DNA of 64,000 nucleotides from Minisyncoccota bacterium (GCA_041663005.1 JBAZRK010000002.1:740-64739); one strand, 5' to 3'; shown: positions 38,160 through 47,895, counted from the stretch's first letter. The notes: generated from the letters alone by a model not told the origin. A program made the numbers and translations.

Positions 38160-40088
38160 TTATTCTACTACTACACTTCCGGTCCCTGGAAAGGCTGGGT
38201 CGCTATCTAGCCGGGTATTGAGGCCGCCTTTGGTTGCCTTCACATCCACATTAGCAAAATCGTCGTGTCCGGTCAAAATAGCATCATTTAATATAAGTGG
38301 CGTAGACCCGACTTGCGACAATGACGGCTCAAGGGAGACCTGAAATGAAACTGAACGTGAAGCGCCTGTAATACCTGAACCTTTCGGAATACGATCTATG
38401 TTCCATAAAATACCCCTCGTGGAAGCGTTATAGGAAAGGTCTTCGCCCGCTGGCGAAATAGTGCCGACAAACTTCACCCAAGATGGTAGAGATGATGAAA
38501 GTTGCGCACGGGAAATAGCGTTCGAGGTATTGGAAAGAGTCCAAACTATAGTGTAGGTTGTGGCCACCTCAGCCTTAGGAGGAATAGGTCCGGTATTTGG
38601 AAACGGCCCAGAATAATAAAGCGCCTTCGACGAAAAACCAAGATCGGAAATTATTCTCACTGTCGTTGATGCTGAATTTTCTAATTCATTGACTGAAGCA
38701 TCCTCTGCGGATTGCCTACCCAAAATGCTTACCGAAATGTTAATAGTCGGATCAGCGAGCAGGGCGCCGGAGGAAGAAAAGAGAGATAGCGGCGTTACAT
38801 AAAAACTGACCGAACCGGAATCCCCCGGGTTAACTTCAGCCAGATTACGGGTAGTACTTTTATCCCAGACAACCACGTCTCGAGATGATTCATAGTGCCC
38901 TTGTGCGGCGCGTATGCTTGTACGGTTCCAGGCATTCCCGGAAATCTTGGCTTCAATTCTGACATCGTCTACTCGTGTACTAAGGTTGTTGGCATAGCGC
39001 ACCTCAACGTTAAGCGGCGTATCAGAGTCAACCGCAAATTCTCTGTTGCTAACTGCGTTGATTACAATATTCGCCTCCACAAAGGGCCTCTTCACCGCTA
39101 TGGTGTGCCGAATGGAGTTAAATGCAACGTCAATGGAGGATTTATCGGATATAGATTGCGAACCGCTTGAAATATTAAAAGTTTTTTCTTCTCCCTCAAA
39201 AACATCAATCATTTTGCCAGCAATCGCAATGCCGTGCTCTGCCCCCGGAGCTAAGTCGCCTAGATACCACACGTTGTTGCCGTAAGAAGGCGCCGGAACA
39301 GCTTTGACGAACTGAAATCCAAGCGGATAATCCACTTTGACCAAAATATCCTCCGCCGCGCGGGTGGCGTTAAGACTGGTCTTTATATTGAGATTAACGT
39401 CTTGATTCGGGCTCACGCTCAAAGGACCATCGACGGATAAATTTATCGGTGTGGAGTTTATGTTAACGTTATAAGTTTTATCTTTAACGAAAATGGCATT
39501 CGAGCCGACAACGCGATACTCAATTGAAATTTTAATGGGTACAACACTCCCCTGCTCGCCGAACAATACTAGCTTTAAATTTTCGTTCTTAACAGCCCCT
39601 GCGGGAATTGTGCCCAAGGACTGACGCAAGCGCTCTATCCCTCCTACCAGGTTTCCTCCGGTACCTTTTGGATATTCAACAACCAAGTCTACCAGGTCTA
39701 AAGAAGTGCTGTTTCGGTTCTCAATACCAATTACCAGGTCGAGGTCTTCCCCGCCTGCAATAAAATTATTACCCGTGACAGTGATTTCTATGTTGTCGTT
39801 CGAGACAGTATTGCTGCCAGCTAAAATAACGTAAGCCGCATAACCCACACTTAATGCGAAAAATGCCACCGAGACAATAAATATTTTCTTAAACATAGAA
39901 GTTTTAACCAAGAGTTTGTCTTCCCAGTTCGCTTCATCGTTTCTCCCCTGCCAGGATGTATCAATTTCCCGATGAGACGCGGAAGAAAACTCGTCGTGTC
40001 GTCCAGGCTTCGGGTGATAGCTTTTACTGAAAAGCTTGCTCTTTAGGTCTTCAAGTTTGTGCAGCTTATTTTCATCTCCTGGCTCCAT
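38160..40088 (-). CDS. Membrane-anchored extracellular hypothetical protein
   Basis: N-terminal cytoplasmic tail, one TM segment (IFIVSVAFFALSVGYAAYVIL), then a large beta-rich ectodomain. Confidence 0.55.
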   Translation of the reverse strand: MEPGDENKLHKLEDLKSKLFSKSYHPKPGRHDEFSSASHREIDTSWQGRNDEANWEDKLLVKTSMFKKIFIVSVAFFALSVGYAAYVILAGSNTVSNDNIEITVTGNNFIAGGEDLDLVIGIENRNSTSLDLVDLVVEYPKGTGGNLVGGIERLRQSLGTIPAGAVKNENLKLVLFGEQGSVVPIKISIEYRVVGSNAIFVKDKTYNVNINSTPINLSVDGPLSVSPNQDVNLNIKTSLNATRAAEDILVKVDYPLGFQFVKAVPAPSYGNNVWYLGDLAPGAEHGIAIAGKMIDVFEGEEKTFNISSGSQSISDKSSIDVAFNSIRHTIAVKRPFVEANIVINAVSNREFAVDSDTPLNVEVRYANNLSTRVDDVRIEAKISGNAWNRTSIRAAQGHYESSRDVVVWDKSTTRNLAEVNPGDSGSVSFYVTPLSLFSSSGALLADPTINISVSILGRQSAEDASVNELENSASTTVRIISDLGFSSKALYYSGPFPNTGPIPPKAEVATTYTIVWTLSNTSNAISRAQLSSSLPSWVKFVGTISPAGEDLSYNASTRGILWNIDRIPKGSGITGASRSVSFQVSLEPSLSQVGSTPLILNDAILTGHDDFANVDVKATKGGLNTRLDSDPAFPGTGSVVVE

Positions 40089-40133
40089 AGGAATAATTGT
40101 AGCATTTCAAGGGCGATTTAGAAAATTGCAAAC

Positions 40134-40715
40134 TTATAAGTTCGAGGCTTTCAGCGCTTGGTTGATATGGCGCAAAACTTCACTGCGAGACTTTGAAATT
40201 TTATACACCAACTCTTCCTCGAGCGGCGATTTAACGAAGTTTTCAAGCATATCTCCTCCGCCGATATAACCCAAGTCGGCAAGAGCTCGCAAGACTATTA
40301 TAACTTCGACGTTGCGTCTGTCTTCCGCGGTTTTAGAATTTTCGAGTATGAGAAGCCCCTGAAGCAAGTCCGCAAAAAGTTTCTCATTCGGCTCAGCGGC
40401 GGCTAAAAGGCGGATGAGAAGCTTGGCGATGTTGCCGAAAACCTGAAGCTTGTCGCGATTTTTAGACAGAAGCTCCAGCTTGTTGGTCTTCGAAGCGCTG
40501 GTAATCCTCCAAAAATTTTTCCCCTGGACCAGGTCCACCTTAACACAAGAAAAATCTTGCAGAACAAAGCGCAGCTTGGAAGGCATCTTGCGCACACCGG
40601 TTGCCCGAGCATAAATCATCCCCAGGTTGCGGGTAAATATGGCATAGCGCTTCCCCGCTTCGCCGAAGTCAGAGCTTGAAAGTATCAATCCTTCCGTATG
40701 ATAAATGTGATGCAT
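40134..40715 (-). CDS. recO: DNA repair protein RecO (short)
   Basis: N-terminal OB fold with the EGLILS...GE pattern. Confidence 0.65.
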   Translation of the reverse strand: MHHIYHTEGLILSSSDFGEAGKRYAIFTRNLGMIYARATGVRKMPSKLRFVLQDFSCVKVDLVQGKNFWRITSASKTNKLELLSKNRDKLQVFGNIAKLLIRLLAAAEPNEKLFADLLQGLLILENSKTAEDRRNVEVIIVLRALADLGYIGGGDMLENFVKSPLEEELVYKISKSRSEVLRHINQALKASNL

Positions 40716-40775
40716 AAAATTATTCTACCAATTTTTTTTAGTTTTCGTTGCGGTTGATAAGTTTACCAATAACAC

Positions 40776-40803
40776 TATTTCGCAGCTGAGAATTTTCGTT
40801 ATG
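40776..40803. repeat. Direct repeat, left copy (CTATTTCGCAGCTGAGAATTTTCGTTATGG), flanking the Cas2-like gene
   Basis: About 23 of 28 positions identical to 41291..41320, in the same orientation. Confidence 0.7.
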
Positions 40804-40804
40804 G

Positions 40805-41275
40805 TCATGGGGATTTTACTATCCTAAAAATCCTAACATTTTTTTCAATGCGGAGGTTTTTCAGTCTGTTATAGAATTCCTTGGGTAATGGTCCGTAGCC
40901 CAACCATAAACTCTGGTGGATCATTTCAAAGTCCCAAAACTTTATTTGATTACGTAGCCAATCTCGAGTTTTGCTTTTAATCTGTGGTATATCAAAGGAA
41001 ACCAAAAGCTTGTATCGCCTGAGTGGCTCAACATTTTTTATGACAAAACGCGAGTTAATTGCCACCAGTCTGGTCTTTTTTGCCTGAAGATAAATACCGT
41101 GATTAATTACCGCCCTTTTTTTATATAAACGATAGAGGTATTGATTGAACGCGGTTTTACGCAAATTACTTTTTCTAGCCTTGGCCTTCTCCCACAAAAT
41201 ATTTCGATAGATTTTTTGAGATCTAGCGGATAATAAAAAGGCTATAAGGTCATCGCTCCAAGTATTTTCCTGCAT
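40805..41275 (-). CDS. Hypothetical protein with a Cas2-like C-terminal region (orphan)
   Basis: LLVSFDIPQIKSKTRDWLRNQIKFWDFEMIHQSLW...EKNVRIFRI loosely follows the Cas2 pattern (lVlV.YDi....r.r.kv.k.l..yG.rvQ.SVfec...d.vRiy.l). Weak. Confidence 0.35.
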   Translation of the reverse strand: MQENTWSDDLIAFLLSARSQKIYRNILWEKAKARKSNLRKTAFNQYLYRLYKKRAVINHGIYLQAKKTRLVAINSRFVIKNVEPLRRYKLLVSFDIPQIKSKTRDWLRNQIKFWDFEMIHQSLWLGYGPLPKEFYNRLKNLRIEKNVRIFRIVKSP

Positions 41276-41290
41276 AGGTTTATTATAACA

Positions 41291-41320
41291 TTCTATCGCA
41301 GCTGAGAAAATACGTTATCA
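41291..41320. repeat. Direct repeat, right copy (TCTATCGCAGCTGAGAAAATACGTTATCA)
   Basis: Matches 40776..40803. Confidence 0.7.
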
Positions 41321-41330
41321 ACCATACCCA

Positions 41331-44300
41331 CTATTCAATAATCACTTCTTTTTCCACTTTTGCGCGGAAAATTAAATTGTTGATTTTTATTTCTTCGCCG
41401 TCATTATGAGCAAATTTTATTTCCGAGGCCAAAACGGTTTTCTTCAAATCCGTTTCGAATTTACCCACGAGCTCCTGCCCGGCAGTGTTTGTATCGATTA
41501 TGAGCTTCACTGTGTCGCTCGGAGTGAGGCCTGTTTTCTTGCGTAGCTCCTGAAGCGCACGCACTAACTCGCGGTAATTTCCTTCTTCTTTAAGCTCCGC
41601 AGTCAGCTCTGTATCGAGCTCTAGGTCGGGTGCCATATTTTTATCCTCTTCAACTTTTTTGATATTGAGTTCCTCGGCAATTATGTGCTGGAATTTCTGC
41701 GGCAGCGTAATTTTTATTTTTATTTTTGTAAGCGGCTGCTTTACTGGCAGGTTCTCAAGCTGTCTCGCTTTCAGTCCGGCTGAAACGATGTTCCTTACAG
41801 TCTTCATATCTAGGATTATTTTCCTGACTTTACCTTTTTCAAAAACCACCTTGATTTGCCCGATTATATTTTTCGTCGGCCAGCTTTCTAGGTGTACGCT
41901 TTCCTTGTCGCCCGCTATGCGAAGCCTCTGCCAGATATCCTCCGCGGCGAAAGGTGCAAAAGGCGCAAGCAACTTGGAAAGGGTCTTCAGTACGTAGTAG
42001 AGCGTTCGTTTCGCATCATTATCTCCGTCTTTTATTCTTTCGCGGGAACGTCGCAAATACCACGTCGACAGGTCGCCAATGAAATCCCTAATCGCGCGAA
42101 CAGGTTCAAGGAGTTTGTAACTATCCATACTTTTAGTCATCAAATCTATGAGCTCATCCATTCGGCCTAAAATCCAGATATCCAAAACGTTTTGAGTTTG
42201 GGGGCGTACATTAGTCTCGAGGGCTTCGTCGCGATACAATTCATAGAAGAAAAGTACATTGTAAAGCAGACCGAATACCTGGCCCTGGAGAAGGGCAACA
42301 GTTTTCTCGTCGAAATTTTTAGACTCGCCCGGCTGGTTCACAGAATACATCCAAAGCCTAAGAGTATCTACACCATATTTATCCATAGCTTCCCAAGGGT
42401 CTACAATGTTCCCGAGAGATTTAGACATTTTTTTGCCCCTGGAATCCATTAAGTGTCCTAAGCAAATCACGTTTTTAAATGCTTTACCTTTACCCATTAG
42501 TACACCAATAGCGTGCAGAGTGTAAAACCATCCCCGGGTTTGATCTATAGCTTCGGCGATGAAGTCCGCAGGGTAACCCTTGCCTTCCACCCACTTTTGA
42601 TTTTCAAAAGGGTAGTGATCCTGGGCAAAAGGCATCGCTCCAGAGTCAAACCAAACATCCATAACTTCTTTCGTGCGGACAAGTTTCCCGCCACAATCGC
42701 AGACAAGATTAATTTCATCAATGTATGGACGGTGTAAATCAAGTTCATAAGTTTCGTTGTGAGGAAGTGGTACAAAAGCAAGCTCAGAAATTTGAGCATT
42801 ATCCACACTTGGAAGATGATTAAGCCCCACCGTCAATTCGCTGTATGACAAATTCTTAACAATAAAATTTAACGAGCGGATTACCCCGTCATGGCTACTA
42901 ATAAAAATATTTTTATTCGAATATTTCTGTTCCAGCTCATAAATAAATTGCCCCACACGCTTTACTAGTTCGACAAAGCTCTCCCCTCCAGGTAAAGCTT
43001 CTCTGGGGTTGTAAAAGAATCCCTGGCGATAATAATCCAAAAATTCAGCCGGGTCCTTACCATCGAAAACGGTACTAGTTTCCCACTCCTGGATGCGTTT
43101 GTCGTAGATAACTTGCTCCAAAGGAAAGTTTAACTCTTCACAAAGAATTTTCGTAGTTTCTCGCGCCCTATTGTAAGGAGAAGAGATAACAATATCAATT
43201 TTTTCCTTGAAATTTTTAGCACTTCCTAGCACCTGAGATTGGCCCACGTCAGTCAAATGTGCGATCTCTTGCAGCTTCTTTGTATGTATGTTTTCTCGAA
43301 GATTATTCCCAGCTTGTCCGTGGCGCATTACGAAATATTTGTTGCCGGATTTCTTGGTTCGAGCCTCAAGGTCTGCGACACTGCCTAAGACTTCAATTTT
43401 TTTACATTTCTCGCAGTGCCAGACAGGAAGCGGCGTACCCCAGTAGCGCTCGCGTGAGATAGCCCAATCTTTAATTTCCCGCAGCCACTCGCCGAAACGC
43501 CCTTCGCGGATGTGCGACGGTTCCCAATTTATGTCCTTGTTCTCAGTAATCAGCGCGGATTTTATTTTCGGATCCGACATTTTTATATACCAAGAATCTC
43601 GCGCATAATAAATAAGCGCGGTGTGACAACGCCAGCAATGCGGATACGAGTGCTCATATTTTTCTTTCTTATATAGAAGCCCGCGGTGCGCTAAATCCTT
43701 GATTATATCCACGGCAACTTCTTCGTCTTTAACAAATCTGCCCTCAAAGATTCCGGTGCCTGGTAAAAATTTCCCATCAAGCCCCACCAAGTGGTGCTTC
43801 GGCAAGCCTACTTCAACCCCGAGGAGAAAGTCGTCTTGCCCGTACATCACAGCGGTGTGCACCACGCCCGTACCATCGTCGGTGGTGACGAAGTTCGCCT
43901 TGTGTACCTTGTAAGCTTTTTCCAATTTTGGTTTTTCACTCTCGGGAATTGTGTTTAAGAAATATGGGAACAGGGGTTCGTACTCTAGGCCCACTAAACC
44001 CTCCCCTTTTATCTCCTCTACAATCTCGTATGGGTCGGCAATGATGGAGAGTTGTGCTTTCGCTAGGAAATAAAATTCATTTGTAGCGTCTTTAGCAACT
44101 TTAATTTTTACATAATCGATATCCTGCCCCACTGCCAGCGCCACGTTCCCTGGCAAGGTCCATGGTGTCGTGGTCCAAGCAAGGATGTATGTGTTGTCAG
44201 CGCCTTTAATCTTAAATTTAGCAGTGACCGATAAATCTTTCACATCCTCGTAACCCTGAGCAAGCTCATGTGAAGACAGCACCGTACCGCACCTTGGACA

Positions 44301-44849
44301 CCAAGGCACAACTTTATAATCTTTATAAAGAAGTTTCTCCGCGTTTACTTTCTGGACGATATTCCAAACTGATTCTATGAAATTATTGTGATAGGTAACG
44401 TACGGATTTTCTTGATCCACCCAGAAACCGATACGGCGAGTAAACTTGTTCCAAATATCCAAATATTCCCAGACACTTTCTTTGCATTCTTGGTTGAATT
44501 TAGCGATACCGTATTCTTCAATAGCTTTCTTGGAATTAAGTCCGAGCTTTTTCTCCACTTGAAGCTCCACGGGTAGGCCGTGCGTATCCCATCCTCCTTT
44601 CCGGCGGACATGATACCCCCGCATTGTTTTATAGCGAGGTATCGCGTCCTTGAACGCACGTGCTTCCAGGTGGTGAATGCCTGGCTTGCCGTTCGCCGTC
44701 GGCGGACCTTCGTAAAAAACAAATTCTTTTCGCCCCTTCGACTGATTCAGGCTTTTCGCGAAAATTTTATTCTCTTTCCAGAATTCCAAAATACGCTCTT
44801 CACGCAGTGCCGTCTCACTTTTTTTATTTAAATCTTTTTCTTCTTGCAT
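41331..44849 (-). CDS. ileS: Isoleucine--tRNA ligase carrying an inserted histidine-phosphatase (PGAM-like) domain
   Basis: HIGH (PGIHH) and KMSKS motifs and a CP1 editing region. About 200 aa inserted between ...VLGSVADLEARTKK and DLHRPYIDEI, containing FVMRHGQAGNN and ISSHDGVIRSL (the RHG...H catalytic signature). 1172 aa. Confidence 0.93.
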   Translation of the reverse strand: MQEEKDLNKKSETALREERILEFWKENKIFAKSLNQSKGRKEFVFYEGPPTANGKPGIHHLEARAFKDAIPRYKTMRGYHVRRKGGWDTHGLPVELQVEKKLGLNSKKAIEEYGIAKFNQECKESVWEYLDIWNKFTRRIGFWVDQENPYVTYHNNFIESVWNIVQKVNAEKLLYKDYKVVPWCPRCGTVLSSHELAQGYEDVKDLSVTAKFKIKGADNTYILAWTTTPWTLPGNVALAVGQDIDYVKIKVAKDATNEFYFLAKAQLSIIADPYEIVEEIKGEGLVGLEYEPLFPYFLNTIPESEKPKLEKAYKVHKANFVTTDDGTGVVHTAVMYGQDDFLLGVEVGLPKHHLVGLDGKFLPGTGIFEGRFVKDEEVAVDIIKDLAHRGLLYKKEKYEHSYPHCWRCHTALIYYARDSWYIKMSDPKIKSALITENKDINWEPSHIREGRFGEWLREIKDWAISRERYWGTPLPVWHCEKCKKIEVLGSVADLEARTKKSGNKYFVMRHGQAGNNLRENIHTKKLQEIAHLTDVGQSQVLGSAKNFKEKIDIVISSPYNRARETTKILCEELNFPLEQVIYDKRIQEWETSTVFDGKDPAEFLDYYRQGFFYNPREALPGGESFVELVKRVGQFIYELEQKYSNKNIFISSHDGVIRSLNFIVKNLSYSELTVGLNHLPSVDNAQISELAFVPLPHNETYELDLHRPYIDEINLVCDCGGKLVRTKEVMDVWFDSGAMPFAQDHYPFENQKWVEGKGYPADFIAEAIDQTRGWFYTLHAIGVLMGKGKAFKNVICLGHLMDSRGKKMSKSLGNIVDPWEAMDKYGVDTLRLWMYSVNQPGESKNFDEKTVALLQGQVFGLLYNVLFFYELYRDEALETNVRPQTQNVLDIWILGRMDELIDLMTKSMDSYKLLEPVRAIRDFIGDLSTWYLRRSRERIKDGDNDAKRTLYYVLKTLSKLLAPFAPFAAEDIWQRLRIAGDKESVHLESWPTKNIIGQIKVVFEKGKVRKIILDMKTVRNIVSAGLKARQLENLPVKQPLTKIKIKITLPQKFQHIIAEELNIKKVEEDKNMAPDLELDTELTAELKEEGNYRELVRALQELRKKTGLTPSDTVKLIIDTNTAGQELVGKFETDLKKTVLASEIKFAHNDGEEIKINNLIFRAKVEKEVIIE

Positions 44850-45066
44850 AATATTTTATAAAACAAAAAACCCGTCCCCGTGCAACTAATAATAATTGCA
44901 CAAGGACGAGTTTTCTCGTGGTACCACCTTGTTTGCTTCTCATAACACCGGGTTCTACTAACCTTGCGGTTTTCTTCCCCAGGCTCCAGGGTGATCCTTG
45001 CCCGCCTCTGGCGGGGCCCCTTCAATGCCTATACATAAAGTATAACACGTTTATATATTTTTTCAA
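44850..45066 (-). promoter_or_regulatory. T-box riboswitch-like leader for ileS (Ile AUC specifier), with promoter and intrinsic terminator
   Basis: Promoter -35 TTGAAA (45061..66), 16-nt spacer, -10 TATACT (45039..44). T-box sequence AAGGUGGUACCACG (44916..44929), against the AGGGUGGUACCGCG consensus. Candidate specifier GGAUCACC (AUC at 44992..94). Terminator CGUCCUUGUGCAA...UUGCACGGGGACG-U6 at 44864..44908. Confidence 0.6.
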
Positions 45067-45095
45067 TGTACGTAATACTTTACGTAATATATTCC

Positions 45096-46808
45096 CTACA
45101 TCTTCGCCGGGGCGCGGATACCGAGCAGGTTAAGCCCAGATTTCATTACGAAAGTGAAGGCGAAGGTAAGGGCCACTTTGTACGAAGAAGACTTGTCCTC
45201 TGGGTTTACGATAACATTGTTGCCATAGAAACTATTGAAGGCACGAGCAAGCTCTATGAGGTAGCTCGTGATGTGGTGCGGCTCGTATGCACCCGCGGAG
45301 CGGAGCACAATTTCCGGGAAACGGTAAATTAATTTCTCCACTTCCCAGGCGCTCTCCGGTGCCACGTGAGGGTCTGGCAATACGTTTTCCTTTTTAGCTT
45401 TCTCAAGGACTGAGTTTGCGCGGGCGTAGGAGTAACAGAGATAGGGCCCAGAGTCGCCGTCGAAGGAAATGGACTTTTCAAAATCATAAACGATGTCGCC
45501 CCCGATGGATTGCTTTAAGATTGAATATTTTAAGGCGGACACAGCCACGTCAGTAGCAATTTTTTCTTTCTCTTTGTCGGTAAAGTCCCGAGCCTGCATT
45601 TTCTGCCAGACCAATTCCTTTACATCACGGAGAAGTGACTCACCGGTAATGACGTTGCCGGTACGTGAGCCCATTTTCCCTGAAGCGAAGCGCATCATTC
45701 CGTGGGTAATATGCCGCATTTTATTTTCATACTCAGGATGAATGAGCGAGAGAGCTTTCGTCACCACACGCATATAGTCAGCTTGCTCGTTGGCAGTAAT
45801 GGTGATAGAGAGGTCCATATTGGGCTCAGTTTTAAATTTCTCGAGTGCCAACCCGAGCTCCTTGGTTTCATAAGTAGGTAAGCCCTGCGATGTAATGAAA
45901 ACTCTGGTATGGAGTTTCGGGTCATAATCCTCAGCCCTGAAAACTACGGCATTGTCGCTCTCAGTAAATACTTTGCCTTTATTTTCAAGCACTATCTCTT
46001 CCCCAATTCCGGCCATCACGCTTTCTAGGAAATAATAATCGAATTCTGTACCTAAAATTTCATACAAATCTTCAAAGGCCTTCATCGTAGCATCGAAACC
46101 CCAGTCATACAGAGTGTTGAGTTTTTCGTCGCTCCGTTTGTAAATCTTTTTATTGATTTCATCAATTTCTTTTTTAGCTTCACTGTCCTTCTCGTAAGCC
46201 GTAGCACCCAGCACGTAAGCACTGCCGATATTAGCTGCTTCGGCTTTATGAGAACCAAGCTTTTCGGCTAGAGTAGGGTCTTTTGTAAGTCCGTAAATTG
46301 CTTTGGCTACGTGAAGCCCGATATCTCCCTGATAGTTGGCACGAGCTACTTGAGCTCCGGAATGCTCGAGCACACGAGCTATAGATTCTCCAATGGCATT
46401 GGTCATTAAATGCCCGATATGGAAAGGTTTGAAAGGATTGGGATCGGTATATTCCACCATTATTTTCTTCCCGGTAAGTGTCGCATTTTTCCCTGTGTCT
46501 TCACCGTCGTTTAAAATTTCTTCAACGTTCTCTGAGAAAAATTCTCGGGAGAGATAGAAATTTATAAATCCCGGCCCTGCAAGCTCCATTCTTGCAATTT
46601 TTTGCGGCAGATTTTTCTCAATTTCTAATATTATTTTTTGCGCCAACTCTTGCGGCTTCATTTTTGCTTCTTTGCCGGCCACTAGCGCCACGTTCGTGAA
46701 ATAGTCGCCGTTTTTCAAATCTTCAGGGTGCTCCACCGCAAAATCGCATTCGGCAATGCCCAAATTTTTCAAAACATCTTTTATTATTCTCTCTATTTTT
46801 TCTTGCAT
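45096..46808 (-). CDS. argS: Arginine--tRNA ligase
   Basis: N-terminal Arg_tRNA_synt_N-like region, HIGH-like PFHIGHL, and a DALR-type C-terminus. Confidence 0.92.
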   Translation of the reverse strand: MQEKIERIIKDVLKNLGIAECDFAVEHPEDLKNGDYFTNVALVAGKEAKMKPQELAQKIILEIEKNLPQKIARMELAGPGFINFYLSREFFSENVEEILNDGEDTGKNATLTGKKIMVEYTDPNPFKPFHIGHLMTNAIGESIARVLEHSGAQVARANYQGDIGLHVAKAIYGLTKDPTLAEKLGSHKAEAANIGSAYVLGATAYEKDSEAKKEIDEINKKIYKRSDEKLNTLYDWGFDATMKAFEDLYEILGTEFDYYFLESVMAGIGEEIVLENKGKVFTESDNAVVFRAEDYDPKLHTRVFITSQGLPTYETKELGLALEKFKTEPNMDLSITITANEQADYMRVVTKALSLIHPEYENKMRHITHGMMRFASGKMGSRTGNVITGESLLRDVKELVWQKMQARDFTDKEKEKIATDVAVSALKYSILKQSIGGDIVYDFEKSISFDGDSGPYLCYSYARANSVLEKAKKENVLPDPHVAPESAWEVEKLIYRFPEIVLRSAGAYEPHHITSYLIELARAFNSFYGNNVIVNPEDKSSSYKVALTFAFTFVMKSGLNLLGIRAPAKM

Positions 46809-46812
46809 AAAA

Positions 46813-47145
46813 TTACCTCGTGTCTCCGTCCCCTTTTATCGCCCCACGCTCTTTGCGTGATTTCAATTTCTCTACATTGCCTCGAGCAATAGCGTCTAGG
46901 TCAAGGCCTAAGTCGTCGGCAAGAACAGCGATATACCAGAGAACATCCCCCAATTCGTCCTTGATGGCACTTTTGCGTTCCGGGCTCATTTCACCTTCGC
47001 CGTCGTCTCCTCGTATCCATTTCTTAATTTTACCTAAAACTTCGCCCGCCTCATTGCCAAGCCCAAGAGCCGGATAAATAATTTTGTATTTTTCTCCGTG
47101 AGTAGCTGTCTCGAGGGCTTTTTTCTGGTACTCGTTAAGTTCCAT
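46813..47145 (-). CDS. MazG-like nucleotide pyrophosphohydrolase
   Basis: EAGEVLGKIKK...ELGDVLWYIAVLA, the EExxE/D motif of the MazG family. Confidence 0.8.
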   Translation of the reverse strand: MELNEYQKKALETATHGEKYKIIYPALGLGNEAGEVLGKIKKWIRGDDGEGEMSPERKSAIKDELGDVLWYIAVLADDLGLDLDAIARGNVEKLKSRKERGAIKGDGDTR

Positions 47146-47158
47146 ACTTTTATTATAA

Positions 47159-47851
47159 TTAATTCTTTAAAATTTTTCTAACTTGCTTGTAAATCTCATC
47201 GTGTATCGCTTCACGACTTTTAAGTTTGCCGGCTTCCATACATTCTATCTTGGTCCAACCTTTTTGGGTCTTGGCAAGCCAGAGCGCGCTCTTACGGGAA
47301 TGCTCTAGGAATTTCACATCTTTCTCGTGAACGTCTTTTTTACCTTTTAGATATTTTCGGCCGGCGCTTTTGTTCCTTTCTTTAATTAATTTTAGCACTA
47401 CGGGAATGGGCACACTTAAGTAGAAAACTTTATCCGGCTGAGGAATTTTAAACACGTCATACTCCATCTCCGCTAACCATTTTAGAAAATTTTCACGCTT
47501 TTTAGTGTTAGCAATTTTGCCCCCTTGGTGAATCTGGTTGGCGCTCGCGTACCTGTTCGCCAAGACGATGCTCCCCGCTGCCAGCCACTTCTCGATTTTA
47601 TTTTTTGACTCGAAGCGATCTGCGGCATATAGAACTGAAGCAATTTTCGGGTGCACTTTTACGAAATTATAATACTGTTCGGACAAGCAGTGTCCGACAA
47701 AAGCGCCGAAAAAGTTGGAGTAATATTCGGGAAAATCCACAACCTTGACGGTGTGGCCGTCTTTCTTCAACTGCTTAATGAGAAGTGCAACTTGGGTTGC
47801 TTTACCGGAACCATCGGTACCGTCTATAACTATGAGCTTGCCTCGTGCCAT
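47159..47851 (-). CDS. tmk: Thymidylate kinase
   Basis: LIVIDGTDGSGKAT P-loop. Confidence 0.85.
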   Translation of the reverse strand: MARGKLIVIDGTDGSGKATQVALLIKQLKKDGHTVKVVDFPEYYSNFFGAFVGHCLSEQYYNFVKVHPKIASVLYAADRFESKNKIEKWLAAGSIVLANRYASANQIHQGGKIANTKKRENFLKWLAEMEYDVFKIPQPDKVFYLSVPIPVVLKLIKERNKSAGRKYLKGKKDVHEKDVKFLEHSRKSALWLAKTQKGWTKIECMEAGKLKSREAIHDEIYKQVRKILKN

Positions 47852-47895
47852 CTAGAAAATATAGCAGAAAAAGGCCCAAAAGAGAACCTGCCGAG

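Noticed and set aside
40805-41275. Possibility of a CRISPR-Cas locus around the Cas2-like gene
   Set aside because: I scanned the window for regularly spaced direct repeats and found no array, and no cas1. The palindromic repeats present are dispersed single copies, not spaced arrays.
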